Notes: generated by a model not told the origin, from the letters alone. A stretch of 64,000 bases of DNA from Candidatus Bathyarchaeota archaeon (GCA_963775895.1 CAVZKL010000018.1:32001-96000), one strand, 5' to 3'. Counted from the first letter of the stretch, positions 42,380-53,156 are shown. Numbers and translations are program-made.

Positions 42380-42721
42380 ATGAAAACCGAACGAAAACGA
42401 TTCAGTTACGGTGTGGGAGCTGTTGCGGTCTTGGCGATTTCCCTAGGCGTAGCCCTAATCTTCTACGGTTTAGGTCTGATCGCTTTCAACTTCCTGAACC
42501 TTCTAGGATGGATTTTCGGTCCCCTAGGAGTCTACACCGTCGTCTATTCGTTCATCACTAAAAACCAGTCTACGTACTACTTGGTGTGGGGCACAATAAT
42601 GGTTGCAGTAGCCATCATCGGAGGCTTCTATAACGTCGTCCCCTGGTACCTCGTCTTGGGAATACTGGTGATAGTGCTCGCAGTGATAGGCGTTATCGCA
42701 TACATGGAGGGTAAAAATTGA
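42380..42721 (+). CDS. Four-TM membrane protein
   Basis: Hydrophobic; first gene of three-gene operon. Confidence 0.75.
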   Translation: MKTERKRFSYGVGAVAVLAISLGVALIFYGLGLIAFNFLNLLGWIFGPLGVYTVVYSFITKNQSTYYLVWGTIMVAVAIIGGFYNVVPWYLVLGILVIVLAVIGVIAYMEGKN

Positions 42722-43254
42722 GTGGAAAGGACTATCTTGGAAAAGTGAAGGGCGAACGAAGTCTTCTAGAACGAATAATGGGCTACATTCCCGGATATCA
42801 TGGATACAAAGAAAAAGAGTTGAGGCGTGAAAGTGATCGCCTCGTCAGAATGGAAGCCGTCAACAGACTCAAGTCTGCGAAAAGTACGATGAGACGTGCT
42901 TTTGCAAACCCCACGATGGTTCAGAAACTGAACGGTGAAGATGCCTACAGGTATGACTCGCTCAACTCCCGCTTGGACAGAGTCACTCAAAGGGTTGACA
43001 GGGCAGTCGCAGGTTATGCAGGTATGTTTGACGCGGTGAAGGTCAAAGAGGACAAGCTTGACGTAGTGCTTCAAAGCGACGTGAACATGATCGAGAAGGC
43101 TGATGGAATAAAAACTGACTGCGAAAAACTCGCCAAAATGCAGCCCGGAAACGATGATTGGAGCACAGCGATGGATGCGTTGCTTTCCAAGGTCGAAGAG
43201 TACGATTCATTAATCGATTCTCGAACGGAGGCTCTAAGAGGGCTGGGGCCATAA
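42718..43254 (+). CDS. Conserved helical hypothetical protein
   Basis: LERIMGYIPGYHGY.EKELRRESD, AGYAGMFDAVKV. Confidence 0.8.
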   Translation: MSGKDYLGKVKGERSLLERIMGYIPGYHGYKEKELRRESDRLVRMEAVNRLKSAKSTMRRAFANPTMVQKLNGEDAYRYDSLNSRLDRVTQRVDRAVAGYAGMFDAVKVKEDKLDVVLQSDVNMIEKADGIKTDCEKLAKMQPGNDDWSTAMDALLSKVEEYDSLIDSRTEALRGLGP

Positions 43255-43289
43255 TCCCCACCCGCTACCGCACAAGGAGGTGAAAGCGA

Positions 43290-44346
43290 ATGCCAAAAGT
43301 TATCGAATGGGTTGGAGCAAAAGACAGCGACATGGTCTGGAAATACCCCAACGAGGAAATCGCTTGGGGAGACAACCTCATAGTTCACGAGTACGAAGCA
43401 GCAGTGTTCTTCAGGGACGGAAAAGCCTACGACGTATTCCGAGCAGGACGCCACGTGCTGACAACAGCCAACCTGCCGTTGCTAACCAAGATACTTACAA
43501 AGATCACCGGTTTCGACAGAAACCCGTTCACGTGCACCATATTCTTTGTCTCGCTGAAACAGTTCCAAGGAAAATTCGGCGCTCAAGGACAGACCAAAGA
43601 ACTTGCACCTCTGAAGTTCTTCGGAGGATTCTGGTTCAGAGTCGAGGAACCAAACTTGTTTGTCAACGAAGTGGTCGGCGGACAAGGAGCCTACACAACA
43701 GATGCGCTACAGGATTTCCTCAGAGGCTTCTTTAACGAACGATTGATCGACACTCTGAGTCAATACTCGCTTTCGGACGTTTACGGCAAACTGGATGATA
43801 CGAGTCTTCTTTCAAAGAACATGCTTTTCGATGCTTTGCACAGGATAGGACTCGAACTGATCGATCTCAAGTTCGAGGGAATCGACACCACGCCTGAATG
43901 GAGAGACAGACTATTCTACATTAAGACCGGAGTAGGCGCAGCCGAAGTGCTCAGGATGGAAACGGTTCAAAAATCAACCGAGAGTCTTTCGAAGAGTACG
44001 GGAGGCGCAGCGATCGCGGCTGGAACGGTTCTCATTCCACCCTTGTTCCAAGGCCAGCCAGCAGGGACTCAGGTAACGATGGTAGTGTGTCCCAAGTGCG
44101 GTTATCAGAACCCACAGACATCGAAGTTCTGCAACAACTGCGGCGCACCGATGCAAGGTCAAGCAGGCTGCACAGCCAGCGGGCACGGTCAACTGTCCCA
44201 AATGTGGAACTGCGAATCCTACCAGCGCGAAGTTCTGCGTCAACTGTGGAACTCCGATGCAAGCTACCGTGAAGTGTGCGAAGTGCGGAACTGAAGCACC
44301 TGTCGGGACCAAATTCTGTCCCAACTGCGGAGCCAAACTGAAGTAG
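43290..44346 (+). CDS. SPFH-domain protein with C-terminal zinc ribbons, YdjI-like (frameshift near 44160)
   Basis: LIVHEYEAAVFFRDGK, GRHVLTTANLP; repeated CPKCG...FC..CG. Confidence 0.88.
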
Positions 44347-44453
44347 TCAACTTCCCTTTTTCTTCATTTTTCTCTCTTTTTCATACTTGCGCAATTTTCT
44401 CTGTAACGTTTTTATTTCCATGTTGCGAATGCTAATGGAGAGCACGGTTTCAG

Positions 44454-46061
44454 ATGAGTGAAAAAATCATCGGCCACGGCACGTGGTACGACAAGATGGC
44501 CGCGAAGATAATCGCCAGGGAAAAGAAGCTAGGAAGGAGCTTGGATCCGGTCAGAACCGAAATGGGTATAGCTGCTTCGGGTCTTCCTCACATCGGCAAC
44601 CTGAGCGACGCCGTCAGATCCTTTGCGGTTGCTCTTGCGCTTCGGGAGCAAAACGTCAATTCTGAGTTGATCGCTTTCAGCGACGACAAGGATGGGTTGA
44701 GAAAGGTTCCAGCAGGCATGCCCGATGAATTGAAAGAACATCTGGGACGACCCGTGACCGACATTCCAGACTTCTGCGGCTGCCACGCAAGCTACGGTGA
44801 GCACATGTCCATCCTTCTGCGCGAAGCACTCGACAAGTGCGGTCTCGATTACACGTTCATGTCTGCGACGGAGGTCTACAAAAAGGGATCGTTCAACGAA
44901 GAGATCAAGAAGATACTACTGAACGCGAAGAGAGTTGGGGAAATAGTCAAAGAAGAGATAGGACAAGAGAAGTTTCTAGAAGCTCTGCCCTACTTTGCTG
45001 TCTGTGAAAAATGTGGGCGCATATACACTACTAAAGCCTACGAGTTCTTGCCAAGGGAAAACAGGATCCTTTACTCTTGTGAAGGAATGGAGGTCAAAGG
45101 AAAATGGTTGGAAGGCTGTGGCCACAAGGGCGAAGTGGATTACAGAAAAGGGATGGGCAAACTCAGCTGGAAGGGCGAATTTGCCGTTCGATGGAGAGCC
45201 TTGGACATCCGGTTTGAAGCCTTCGGAAAAGACGTTGCAGACTCGGTGCGTGTGAATGACCGAATCTGCAGGGAGATACTGGGTTGGGAGCCCCCCGTTC
45301 ACGCGCAGTATGAAATGTTTTTGGCTCAGGGCGGCGGGAAAATCGCGAAGTCAGCCGGTGGCGTGTTGACTCCGCAGACGTGGTTCAAATACGGGTCTCC
45401 GCAGTCGCTCATGCTATTGCTGCTGAAACGGTTCGTTGGCACTCGCAAAATAGATGTCACTGACATACCAGCCTACATGGATGAACTGGATGGACTCGAG
45501 GATGTGTACTTCGGAAAGAAACCGGCAAAGGACGAGCGCGAGCTGGCAAAACTCAAAGGCCTTTACGCGTACTGCTTCGCACTGCACCTTCCAAAATCTC
45601 CAGGCATCCACGTACCGTACAATTTGATGACGTTCTTGGTGAAGGTCGCTCCTAAGGGCAGTGAAGAGGAATACGTCGGTGAGAAGCTTCAAGGCTACGG
45701 AGTTTTGCAGAAAGGTCAGAAGGTCGATGATCGTCTGAGGGAACGGATAAAATACGCTTCGAACTGGATCAAGGATTTTGAGGAGATAAGGGAAGCACGG
45801 GTTAGCCTGAGCGAGGACGAGCGAGCTGCGATTGCCCAACTCGTTGAGGTGTTACAGACTGAAGAGGAAGCCGAGAAGATTCAAAACGCCGTTTACAACA
45901 TTGCCAAGGAATGCGGGATTCAACCTTCATCTTTTTTCAGAATAGTCTACTCAATTCTACTGGGCGTGCCTCAAGGTCCAAGACTCGGCCCATACATCCT
46001 CGCGATGGGAAGACACAACGTCATAGCAGCCCTCGATCGGGCTTCGAGAGAACAAGACTGA
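44454..46061 (+). CDS. lysS: Lysyl-tRNA synthetase, class I
   Basis: ASGLPHIGN, GKLSWK.E..RW, FEAFGKD, KIAKS, GPRLG. Confidence 0.96.
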   Translation: MSEKIIGHGTWYDKMAAKIIAREKKLGRSLDPVRTEMGIAASGLPHIGNLSDAVRSFAVALALREQNVNSELIAFSDDKDGLRKVPAGMPDELKEHLGRPVTDIPDFCGCHASYGEHMSILLREALDKCGLDYTFMSATEVYKKGSFNEEIKKILLNAKRVGEIVKEEIGQEKFLEALPYFAVCEKCGRIYTTKAYEFLPRENRILYSCEGMEVKGKWLEGCGHKGEVDYRKGMGKLSWKGEFAVRWRALDIRFEAFGKDVADSVRVNDRICREILGWEPPVHAQYEMFLAQGGGKIAKSAGGVLTPQTWFKYGSPQSLMLLLLKRFVGTRKIDVTDIPAYMDELDGLEDVYFGKKPAKDERELAKLKGLYAYCFALHLPKSPGIHVPYNLMTFLVKVAPKGSEEEYVGEKLQGYGVLQKGQKVDDRLRERIKYASNWIKDFEEIREARVSLSEDERAAIAQLVEVLQTEEEAEKIQNAVYNIAKECGIQPSSFFRIVYSILLGVPQGPRLGPYILAMGRHNVIAALDRASREQD

Positions 46062-46159
46062 ACCATTGAGAATGTACATGTTTCACAGTCGCGCGCGTTC
46101 TGGCGAGGGGGTCTGGTTGACGGTTAGGCGGATTGCGTTCAGAGACGTTCTAAGGTGAA

Positions 46160-47220
46160 TTAGGCATCTTCGGTCCAGTAGATCTGTCTTTGTCGCTTTC
46201 TTTTCTCAGAGTTCCTTTCTTCACTCTTCGTGCAAGGAGGCCCAGAATTTTCTTTTCGTGACCTTTCGTAGGAATCCTTTTCGTTTCTAAGGCCCTTGCG
46301 ACATCTTCTAGAGTTCTTTCGTTCGGGTTCTTGAAGAATCCTTCTTCGATGAGACTCTGGAAGGCATGATGGGCAAGGCCACCCCACGTCTGGGGACCTT
46401 GGTTTCTTTTCGGTTTTGGTCGTGTTTTCTTCGCTGCTTCGAACTCTCTCTTCAGGTCGTCAAAGTCGGCGCCGACGATTTCTATGTTCTTGATGTTGGC
46501 TTGTCCGAGATTTCTTCTCGTGAATTCCTGTATGACTGGCATTTTCTGTGGGTCCATGCCTGCGAGTGTTGAGCCGACCGCGTCGACCGCGACGGCGTCT
46601 CTGCCTACGAGAACGATGTTCATTCGCGTTACAGGGCCGCTCCATCCGTGCCAGAAGTTTGTTCCGTCCATTACTGCGAGATCGATTCCTCCTATTGCCT
46701 CGTAGAGGTCTGCAAGTGCCGTGGGCAGTTTCTTGTGGAATCTCGCTTTTTTCTTGTCTGGAACGAGTCCAAACAGGTTTTTGAGGATGCTTCCTCTCTC
46801 GAAAGTGCGCAGGACGTGCGTGCTAACGACTACGTTGGGTTTGAATAGGATGTGTGAGAGGCTTATGTTTTCATCGGCGATTCGGAACTGTCGCGTTTCA
46901 ACATCTTCTGAAAGGTTGAAAGGAACTATTTGTCGGGTGAAGAGTTGTTTCCAGATTTGAAGTCTTTCTGAACCCGTTCCCTTGTAATTGTCAGATTCTG
47001 CTAGAAAGATTTTGGAGGCTCTGTCAAAACTGCGGGTGATAGCATTTACCACGTCGATGGATGAATGATGGTCCGTTTCATGATTGAACACTCCGACTTT
47101 GACGACGACCGGTTTTTTTTCATCGTTGAGGTCGTCGATTCCTCCGATTAGTTCAAGCCCACGCGCAAACGGGATGCGTTGATCTTCGTCGAACCGTATC
47201 ACTGCAACTTTCGAGCCCAC
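46160..47220 (-). CDS. DUF362 protein with C-terminal wHTH-like domain (frameshift near 3' end)
   Basis: LKNLFGL, DLAVMDG, GRDAVAVDAV; tail LIEEGFFKNPNERTLEDV. Confidence 0.75.
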
Positions 47221-47383
47221 GTCATCTCCCCTCTCTGATAGAGGATTCGGATGGTTGGCACGGTGATAAGGCTTTTCTACAGGATTGAATACGCTTGCGA
47301 AAAGTCATCTGTGAGGATTGATGTTCTGCTGTCTAGTACCGTGGAGGTTGACGGTTTTTCAGCCAGGTGTAGATGCGATAGGT

Positions 47384-47764
47384 CTAAGACTGTGGTATTT
47401 CAGTCGCTCCGATTTTGCTCTTGAAATCTTCGATAAGTTTCTTCATTTTTTGCTTTCTTTCTTCTTCCAGCTGTCTGTATATGGAAACGTACTTGTCCTC
47501 TCTAGGCGGCGGGACCTCTTCGGCATAGGGCCATTTAACGTTGATCTCGGTGCCGTTTTCTCTTTCCTTGAAAAAAAATTCGATCTCGAAATTCTTTCCC
47601 ACCCAGCTGGGGCTGTACTGCACTAGCAAATAACGGGGGGACACCTCCTTCCGTACAGTTATGTTCTTCATGCCCACTTCATCTAAGGCTTCTTGAACCA
47701 AAAGAGAACAGTCTTGGATGGGCCTGTTGACCAGGTATTTACCTTGTAAGTATTTGAGGAGCAT
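47384..47764 (-). CDS. Hypothetical protein
   Basis: 126-aa ORF with plausible start and stop. Confidence 0.6.
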   Translation of the reverse strand: MLLKYLQGKYLVNRPIQDCSLLVQEALDEVGMKNITVRKEVSPRYLLVQYSPSWVGKNFEIEFFFKERENGTEINVKWPYAEEVPPPREDKYVSIYRQLEEERKQKMKKLIEDFKSKIGATEIPQS

Positions 47765-47923
47765 TTGATGATTTCCCGAGTTATGTAGTAGTCTTTTCTC
47801 TCATAAGCCTTGTTCGGGCATACACGTCGTCACGAGCCCGCGCGCTAGAATGAGTGGAGCCACTTCTGGATGTATAGAAGGATTTATACGCAGAAAAACT
47901 ATTCCAGCTAATTGGTGCTTGCT

Positions 47924-48166
47924 ATGGTTGAAGCGCTAATTCTAGTTCGCACAGGTTCTGGCGAAACTCTCAATCTCATGAAAACTGTTAAAGAGAAGAT
48001 TCGCAAGATCAAAGGTGTTAAAGAAGTGTATGGTGTCTTCGGTCGGTACGATTTCGTCGTGATGCTGGAAACAAAGACAACCGTGGAATTGGGGAACCTT
48101 GTCACTGACTGCATCCGCGGAATTGAAGGAGTCGTGTACACAGAAACCCTCGTAGTCGGCTTCTAA
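47924..48166 (+). CDS. Stand-alone Lrp/AsnC ligand-binding (RAM) domain protein
   Basis: GVKEVYGVFGRYD..IRGIEGVVYTET. Confidence 0.9.
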   Translation: MVEALILVRTGSGETLNLMKTVKEKIRKIKGVKEVYGVFGRYDFVVMLETKTTVELGNLVTDCIRGIEGVVYTETLVVGF

Positions 48167-48996
48167 CTCCTTGTACGCAGACTGGAAAATACAGTGACTG
48201 TAGGGCGCCTGCTTATTATGACTTGGTTCCTCTGCAAAGGATTGCCCCTGTGCCAAATCTCAAACCAACTGCTTTGATTTGTCTCACCATTTTGTCGTGA
48301 ACAAGACGGACTTCGTTTCTCTCTGCCCCTCCATCTACAACAAGCTTCCAGAGCGAACGCTCGCCAAACAGGTTTTTCGTCGTCCATTCAAACATCGAAA
48401 CATCGGTCACTGTTGGCGGCTCCCTCACCATGACCTCTACGTTTCCCAATCCAGCCCTTTGAAATAGACGTCTTCATATTATCTTCATTGAAAGGCACGT
48501 CGACGTATAGTTAGTAAAAGGCCCTTTTGATTTGAATAGGAATGCCTAGAAGTCCTCCAGGCTCTGCGACCACGACCCTTCCACCATGTTTTGCCACGCG
48601 CACCATTTCTCTCATCGCTTTTAATCTACGATTGTCGATCGATGCAATCAAGGACTTACAGCATACGACATCGGCAAAATCATCTTCAACTGGAATACTG
48701 TAGACATCTCCAAATTTGAATTCAAGCGTTTGATACTGACTCTTTCTTCGCAGTCCTCCGTCTTGCTTGCCGGATAGCAGACTTTGAAATATCTAGGCCT
48801 ATGACTTTTCCACTTTCCCCAACTTTTTCTGCTAGTTTAAACGCGAGGAACCCTGCCCCTGTTCCCACATCAACTATCGTTTCCCCTGTCTTTGGTCCAA
48901 TAAACTGCACTATACTATCAAGCAGTTGTTTGCTATGGTCTGGGAACTTCGGTACATTTTCTCAGGGATTTTGTATGCAGATTCGGTCCAAGACAT
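48163..48996 (-). pseudogene. UbiE-like SAM methyltransferase with multiple frameshifts/stops
   Basis: IVDVGTGAG..GKVIGLDIS, DDFADVVCC, REMVRVAKHGGRV in different frames. Confidence 0.65.
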
Positions 48997-49259
48997 TTAA
49001 CTCCCTCTTCGAAAACTTGTTGAGCAAGCTTTTAAAAGTTCATCTGAAAGAAGTGACTTTCAATGCCTTCGCAGGCGCATCTTGAAGTGATTCATGAACC
49101 AGAAACGCTAAACCTCATTTCGGATGAAACGAGAAGAAACGGTGCGCGCTTTCGATTCACTGCGGTTTCGAACCTAAACCGTGCGTGCGGTGGAAAGATT
49201 TAAGGTCATCAGGCTCGTTTTGCTGTAATCTATCAGTGAGAAGTTTGGACTCGAGTCTG

Positions 49260-50177
49260 ATGGGAGAGACAGCTGCTATACTGACCTCATGCCTCTGGAC
49301 GGGCAGTTCTCTCCTTTTCACGTCGGCTGGCAGAAGAATAGGCTCATTCGGCGTAAACGCCTATCGCACCACGATGGCCATCGGGCTACTGCTTGGCGCA
49401 CACGTGATTCTGCTTGGCGCCATATTGCCCATTGCGAGCAGTGGACAATGGTTTTGGATGGGTTTGAGTGGAATCGTGGGGCTGGGCATCGGCGATTTCG
49501 GATTGTTCGCTGCGTACGTTACCATCGGTCCGAGGCGCTCGGTGCTCATTCAGTCCTCAGCCCCGATATTCGCGTTAGTGGGAGCATACTTGATGCTCCC
49601 GGGAGAGACGTTCAAACTGTTGTCGATCATCGGAATCGCGGTCACGCTGTCAGGCATTTTCGTTGTCGTGCTGGAAAGACAGGAAACGAGGGAAGAGAAG
49701 TCGGAAGAGATGCTTGCAGCCAAGAAACGAAGGAACCTGGGAATCTTTTTTGGTTTGATTTCAGCGATAGGGCAGGGGTTCGGTGTAGTTCTTACGAAGA
49801 AGGGGCTATATCTTGGCGTAAGTGTGGCCATGAATCCCTTGTCCGCGGCGTTGATACGGATGCTGTTTGCAGGCGTCTTCGTGTGGGCATGCGTCGTCTT
49901 CGCGGGAAAACTGCCTGCACTGCGTAGCGCTTTGAAGGACAGAGAGGGCATGAAGTACACGGCCGCGGGCGCGTTGATCGGGCCGTTTGTAGGGGTGACG
50001 CTTTCCATGGTGGCTGTAGCCTACGCCGAGGCAGGCGTTGCTCAGACTTTGATGTCTTTGATGCCGGTCTTCATAATTCCAGTGATATGGGTGATCTATA
50101 AAGAGAAAACGAATTGGCGTGGAATAGCAGGAGCCGTGCTTGCCGTCGTTGGGGTTGCCATCTTGTTTCTGACCTAG
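49260..50177 (+). CDS. EamA/DMT transporter
   Basis: About 10 TM; SGIVGLGIGD, IGPRR. Confidence 0.92.
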   Translation: MGETAAILTSCLWTGSSLLFTSAGRRIGSFGVNAYRTTMAIGLLLGAHVILLGAILPIASSGQWFWMGLSGIVGLGIGDFGLFAAYVTIGPRRSVLIQSSAPIFALVGAYLMLPGETFKLLSIIGIAVTLSGIFVVVLERQETREEKSEEMLAAKKRRNLGIFFGLISAIGQGFGVVLTKKGLYLGVSVAMNPLSAALIRMLFAGVFVWACVVFAGKLPALRSALKDREGMKYTAAGALIGPFVGVTLSMVAVAYAEAGVAQTLMSLMPVFIIPVIWVIYKEKTNWRGIAGAVLAVVGVAILFLT

Positions 50178-50327
50178 CGCGTGCCGTGTCTGTGGCGAAT
50201 TGTTTTTCCTGCGCGATATGAGAAGACATGGCTTGTTCAAAAAAGCTGATGCTTAGAGTATCGGTGATCGCGGATTCTTATTCTGGGTTCATAAGTGTTA
50301 TTTCACGCTATGATGCACGAGCGATTG

Positions 50328-50795
50328 ATGAGCCCTACGAGGAAATATCTGGCGTTTTTCATTCTTGTCGGTGTCTTGTTAGAGGTTCTTATTTTTCCCG
50401 CAGAAGCCACTTCGATGAGCTTCACTGTTCAGGCCGGTCAGGAAGTGACAAAGCCTCTTGACCTTGCGGTTGAAGATCGCGTTACGGTAAAATTCACTGT
50501 GACAGGGCGGACTTCGAACGTGCTGGATTTCTATTTCACCGATCCTGATGGAAACGTCATTCAAGCCTTCAACGGAACGGGAAGCGTGAATTTCTCCTTC
50601 ATCTGTTCAAAAGAAGGCACGTATGTATTGCACTTCTCTAACGTAGGCTCGTCGGAGGACAAGCTTGTCAGCTTGGACTATGAGGCTCAGCACTATATTT
50701 TCGGGATGCCTCAGATGCTCTTTATGACGTTGGTTGTCCTCGGCATCTGTTTGGTCATGATTGCAGTTTTCTTTTTGATGGGAAAACCTCACTAG
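50328..50795 (+). CDS. GOLD-domain (emp24/p24-like) single-pass membrane protein
   Basis: Signal peptide; DFYFTDPDG, FSF....GTYVLHFSN..S..KLV; C-terminal TM. Confidence 0.7.
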   Translation: MSPTRKYLAFFILVGVLLEVLIFPAEATSMSFTVQAGQEVTKPLDLAVEDRVTVKFTVTGRTSNVLDFYFTDPDGNVIQAFNGTGSVNFSFICSKEGTYVLHFSNVGSSEDKLVSLDYEAQHYIFGMPQMLFMTLVVLGICLVMIAVFFLMGKPH

Positions 50796-50938
50796 CAAAC
50801 ACTATGTCTCGCTCACGCCGACCAGACGGCATGAAACATGCGTTCAAACAAAAAAAGAGGAGCATTGGATTGGCGGGGTGATGCGTCTTCTTCGCTGTCT
50901 GACGTGCTTTTTGCGCTTGCTAAGGTGCTGAGATGAAC

Positions 50939-51193
50939 TCACTTCTTGTCTGTTCCAAACCACTTCACAAGTTTCTTGTAGGTTTCTGGGCACACTTTTT
51001 CCTTTCGAGTCTCCAAAATACCGTCTTTGCGCATAGCTTCAAAAATCTCAGCCTTGGCTTCATCGAGCCACATGAGCATTGAAGCCAAACTCTCGTTCAT
51101 GCTGGAACATGACTTTAACGTAGATACCGGTGGGAATTGCTCCAGTATCCTCTTGACTCGTTTTGCCAATTCTCCCGTTTCGTTCATATTCAT
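50939..51193 (-). CDS. Hypothetical protein
   Basis: 84-aa ORF with GGAAG RBS. Confidence 0.5.
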   Translation of the reverse strand: MNMNETGELAKRVKRILEQFPPVSTLKSCSSMNESLASMLMWLDEAKAEIFEAMRKDGILETRKEKVCPETYKKLVKWFGTDKK

Positions 51194-51423
51194 CTTCCGC
51201 CTTCGACTGTCATTTTCCTTCTAACTTTCTAAAGTAGGTTTCGCTCGACTCACGGTTTCAATGGTGCCCAAGGTTGCAGCGCGATTAATGGCACGCAATC
51301 GCTACAGGCAGGGCTAGTTCGGAAAAAAGTAGACCGCACTGTTCTTCTCTTTTGGGAATTCAAATTTTCAACCAACAAAAAGCTTCTTAAAGACTCTGAG
51401 CCACAAGTGGTATTGGTGAGCAT

Positions 51424-51735
51424 ATGCCACTCAAAGTCGAGGATGCGAAGAAGTACGATGCGTACGTAGAAGACGAAGTGAAAATTGTCAGTTTTCTCGC
51501 CAAAAACAAAGGGAACGCTTTCGCCGAAGAGGAAATAATGAGAGGCATTGGAAAGGCTCCGCCTGCTTACACCCAGGACGAGAAGGGTTCCTATTGGACG
51601 TGGCAAAATGTCGGCGAGTTCGCAGTTGGGGTGACCGAGGGCGTTTTGTTTAGGCAAACACTGGGCGAAATGGTCAAGAAGGGAAAGATAAGGGCCAGTG
51701 AAGTCGCCAGAAAGATCTACTATTTCATAGAATAA
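51424..51735 (+). CDS. Hypothetical protein, wHTH-like
   Basis: IVSFLAKNKGNAFAEEEI..LGEMVKKGKI..YY; GGTGA RBS. Confidence 0.65.
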   Translation: MPLKVEDAKKYDAYVEDEVKIVSFLAKNKGNAFAEEEIMRGIGKAPPAYTQDEKGSYWTWQNVGEFAVGVTEGVLFRQTLGEMVKKGKIRASEVARKIYYFIE

Positions 51736-51928
51736 AGACAACGGAAAACGCGATAGAATATTTGTGGGGTTTTTTGCTCTGCCAAGATAGGAATATGCGT
51801 TGAGAGCTCAGGGCTGAGGAGAATTTCATACGTTGATTGTGCTCCCGATGACAACGCGGGCTTGTCTCTCGGGGATTGAAAAGTTATAAATGCAAGATGT
51901 TGTCAAAATCCGTAGTCTAGGGAGATTT

Positions 51929-52267
51929 ATGAGCAAAAAGAAGAAAGAAGCCAAGAAGACCGAGATTGCTCCCGCGACTGTGTGGGAATGGTTGGTGAAT
52001 CCAGTTAGCGCGATCTACCACGATGGTGAGAAATACTTGATTGAAGCCCAATTGCCAGGAGTGAAGAAGAAGAACATTGAGATTGAGGCCGTTGAAACTA
52101 GTTTTTGCATCAAAGGTCATAAGAAAAACGTGCTGTATTCTGCTTGTTACAGCTTGGCTCATGAAGTGGACTTGAAGAAAGTTGAAGCAGCGTTCAAAGA
52201 TGGGATACTGACCGTCAATTTGCCTCTGAAGAAGCCCGTAAAAACGGTGAAGATAGCAATCAAATAG
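51929..52267 (+). CDS. Small heat-shock protein Hsp20
   Basis: AQLPGVKKKNI, AAFKDGILTVNLP. Confidence 0.9.
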   Translation: MSKKKKEAKKTEIAPATVWEWLVNPVSAIYHDGEKYLIEAQLPGVKKKNIEIEAVETSFCIKGHKKNVLYSACYSLAHEVDLKKVEAAFKDGILTVNLPLKKPVKTVKIAIK

Positions 52268-52445
52268 CCTGAACAATCAACATCCTTTTTTCTCTGTACG
52301 TTGAGACGCGTAGAGGACGCTGTCTCTTCGGGCTAAAATTAATATTTTTGATTCTCCATTGTTAACCTAGCCAAGGTGTCCACAGGCAGTTACTTGGCAA
52401 TAGACTTTCGAGTAACTGTGGCACTAGGCTGGCTGGCATGCGACG

Positions 52446-53045
52446 ATGGTGAATGGCAAACGAGGCAGACGAAGGAAACATAGCTGGGTTGAATTTCCTG
52501 ACCTTGAACAGGATTCTTCACGTGAAGCCGTGTACCTGAGGTGGGTCAGTGTCAACAATCCCGCGTTGGCTCGATGTGCACATGATGGATGCCCACAATG
52601 TCGCGACAAGCGCTTCAGGCTCAGACATGACGAGAAATTCAACAACATACGTTTCTACTGTTCAAACTGTGGTTATGAGACTTCATTCCACATAATACGC
52701 CCCAAACAGAGCTTCAGTTCGATAGAAATCTATGACGAACGAGGTATTCTTGTTGGCTTGAAAAACGTTGATGATCATCATGAAAAAACTAGCCGGGAGA
52801 ACGCTGATTCGCGGGTGATGCTTTCTGAGCAGAAGCTGGAGTTGGGCGGTGAATGGTTCGACGGTGTTTCAGGCACCAATTCGCAGTCTCGCTATTTAAC
52901 TCGCGAGGAAGTCCTGAAACGGATTGAGGATCGTAAGATGAAGAGATTGATGGAGGCCAACCTTGATGAGATCGAAAGCATAGAACGGGATGAACGAGGC
53001 TCGAGTTTGAAACCTGAGGCTCAGGATGAGGATGTTGCGGACTGA
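52446..53045 (+). CDS. Hypothetical zinc-ribbon protein
   Basis: CPQC and CSNC pairs; acidic tail. Confidence 0.6.
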   Translation: MVNGKRGRRRKHSWVEFPDLEQDSSREAVYLRWVSVNNPALARCAHDGCPQCRDKRFRLRHDEKFNNIRFYCSNCGYETSFHIIRPKQSFSSIEIYDERGILVGLKNVDDHHEKTSRENADSRVMLSEQKLELGGEWFDGVSGTNSQSRYLTREEVLKRIEDRKMKRLMEANLDEIESIERDERGSSLKPEAQDEDVAD

Positions 53046-53156
53046 TTTTCTGTAATATAGTATGAGGAAGAGCAGAAGCGCAATATCGCTGTTTCTTGAT
53101 CTCAATTAGAGCTTTTGGCTTTTTTGACTAGCGCGGTCGTGTTTCCGCGCGGGCAT

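Noticed and set aside
38153-47840. Classical integron (GCCTAAC/GTTAGGC at 39267, 42309, 46123)
   Set aside because: The boxes are isolated, with no paired R''/R' hairpins and no IntI in the window
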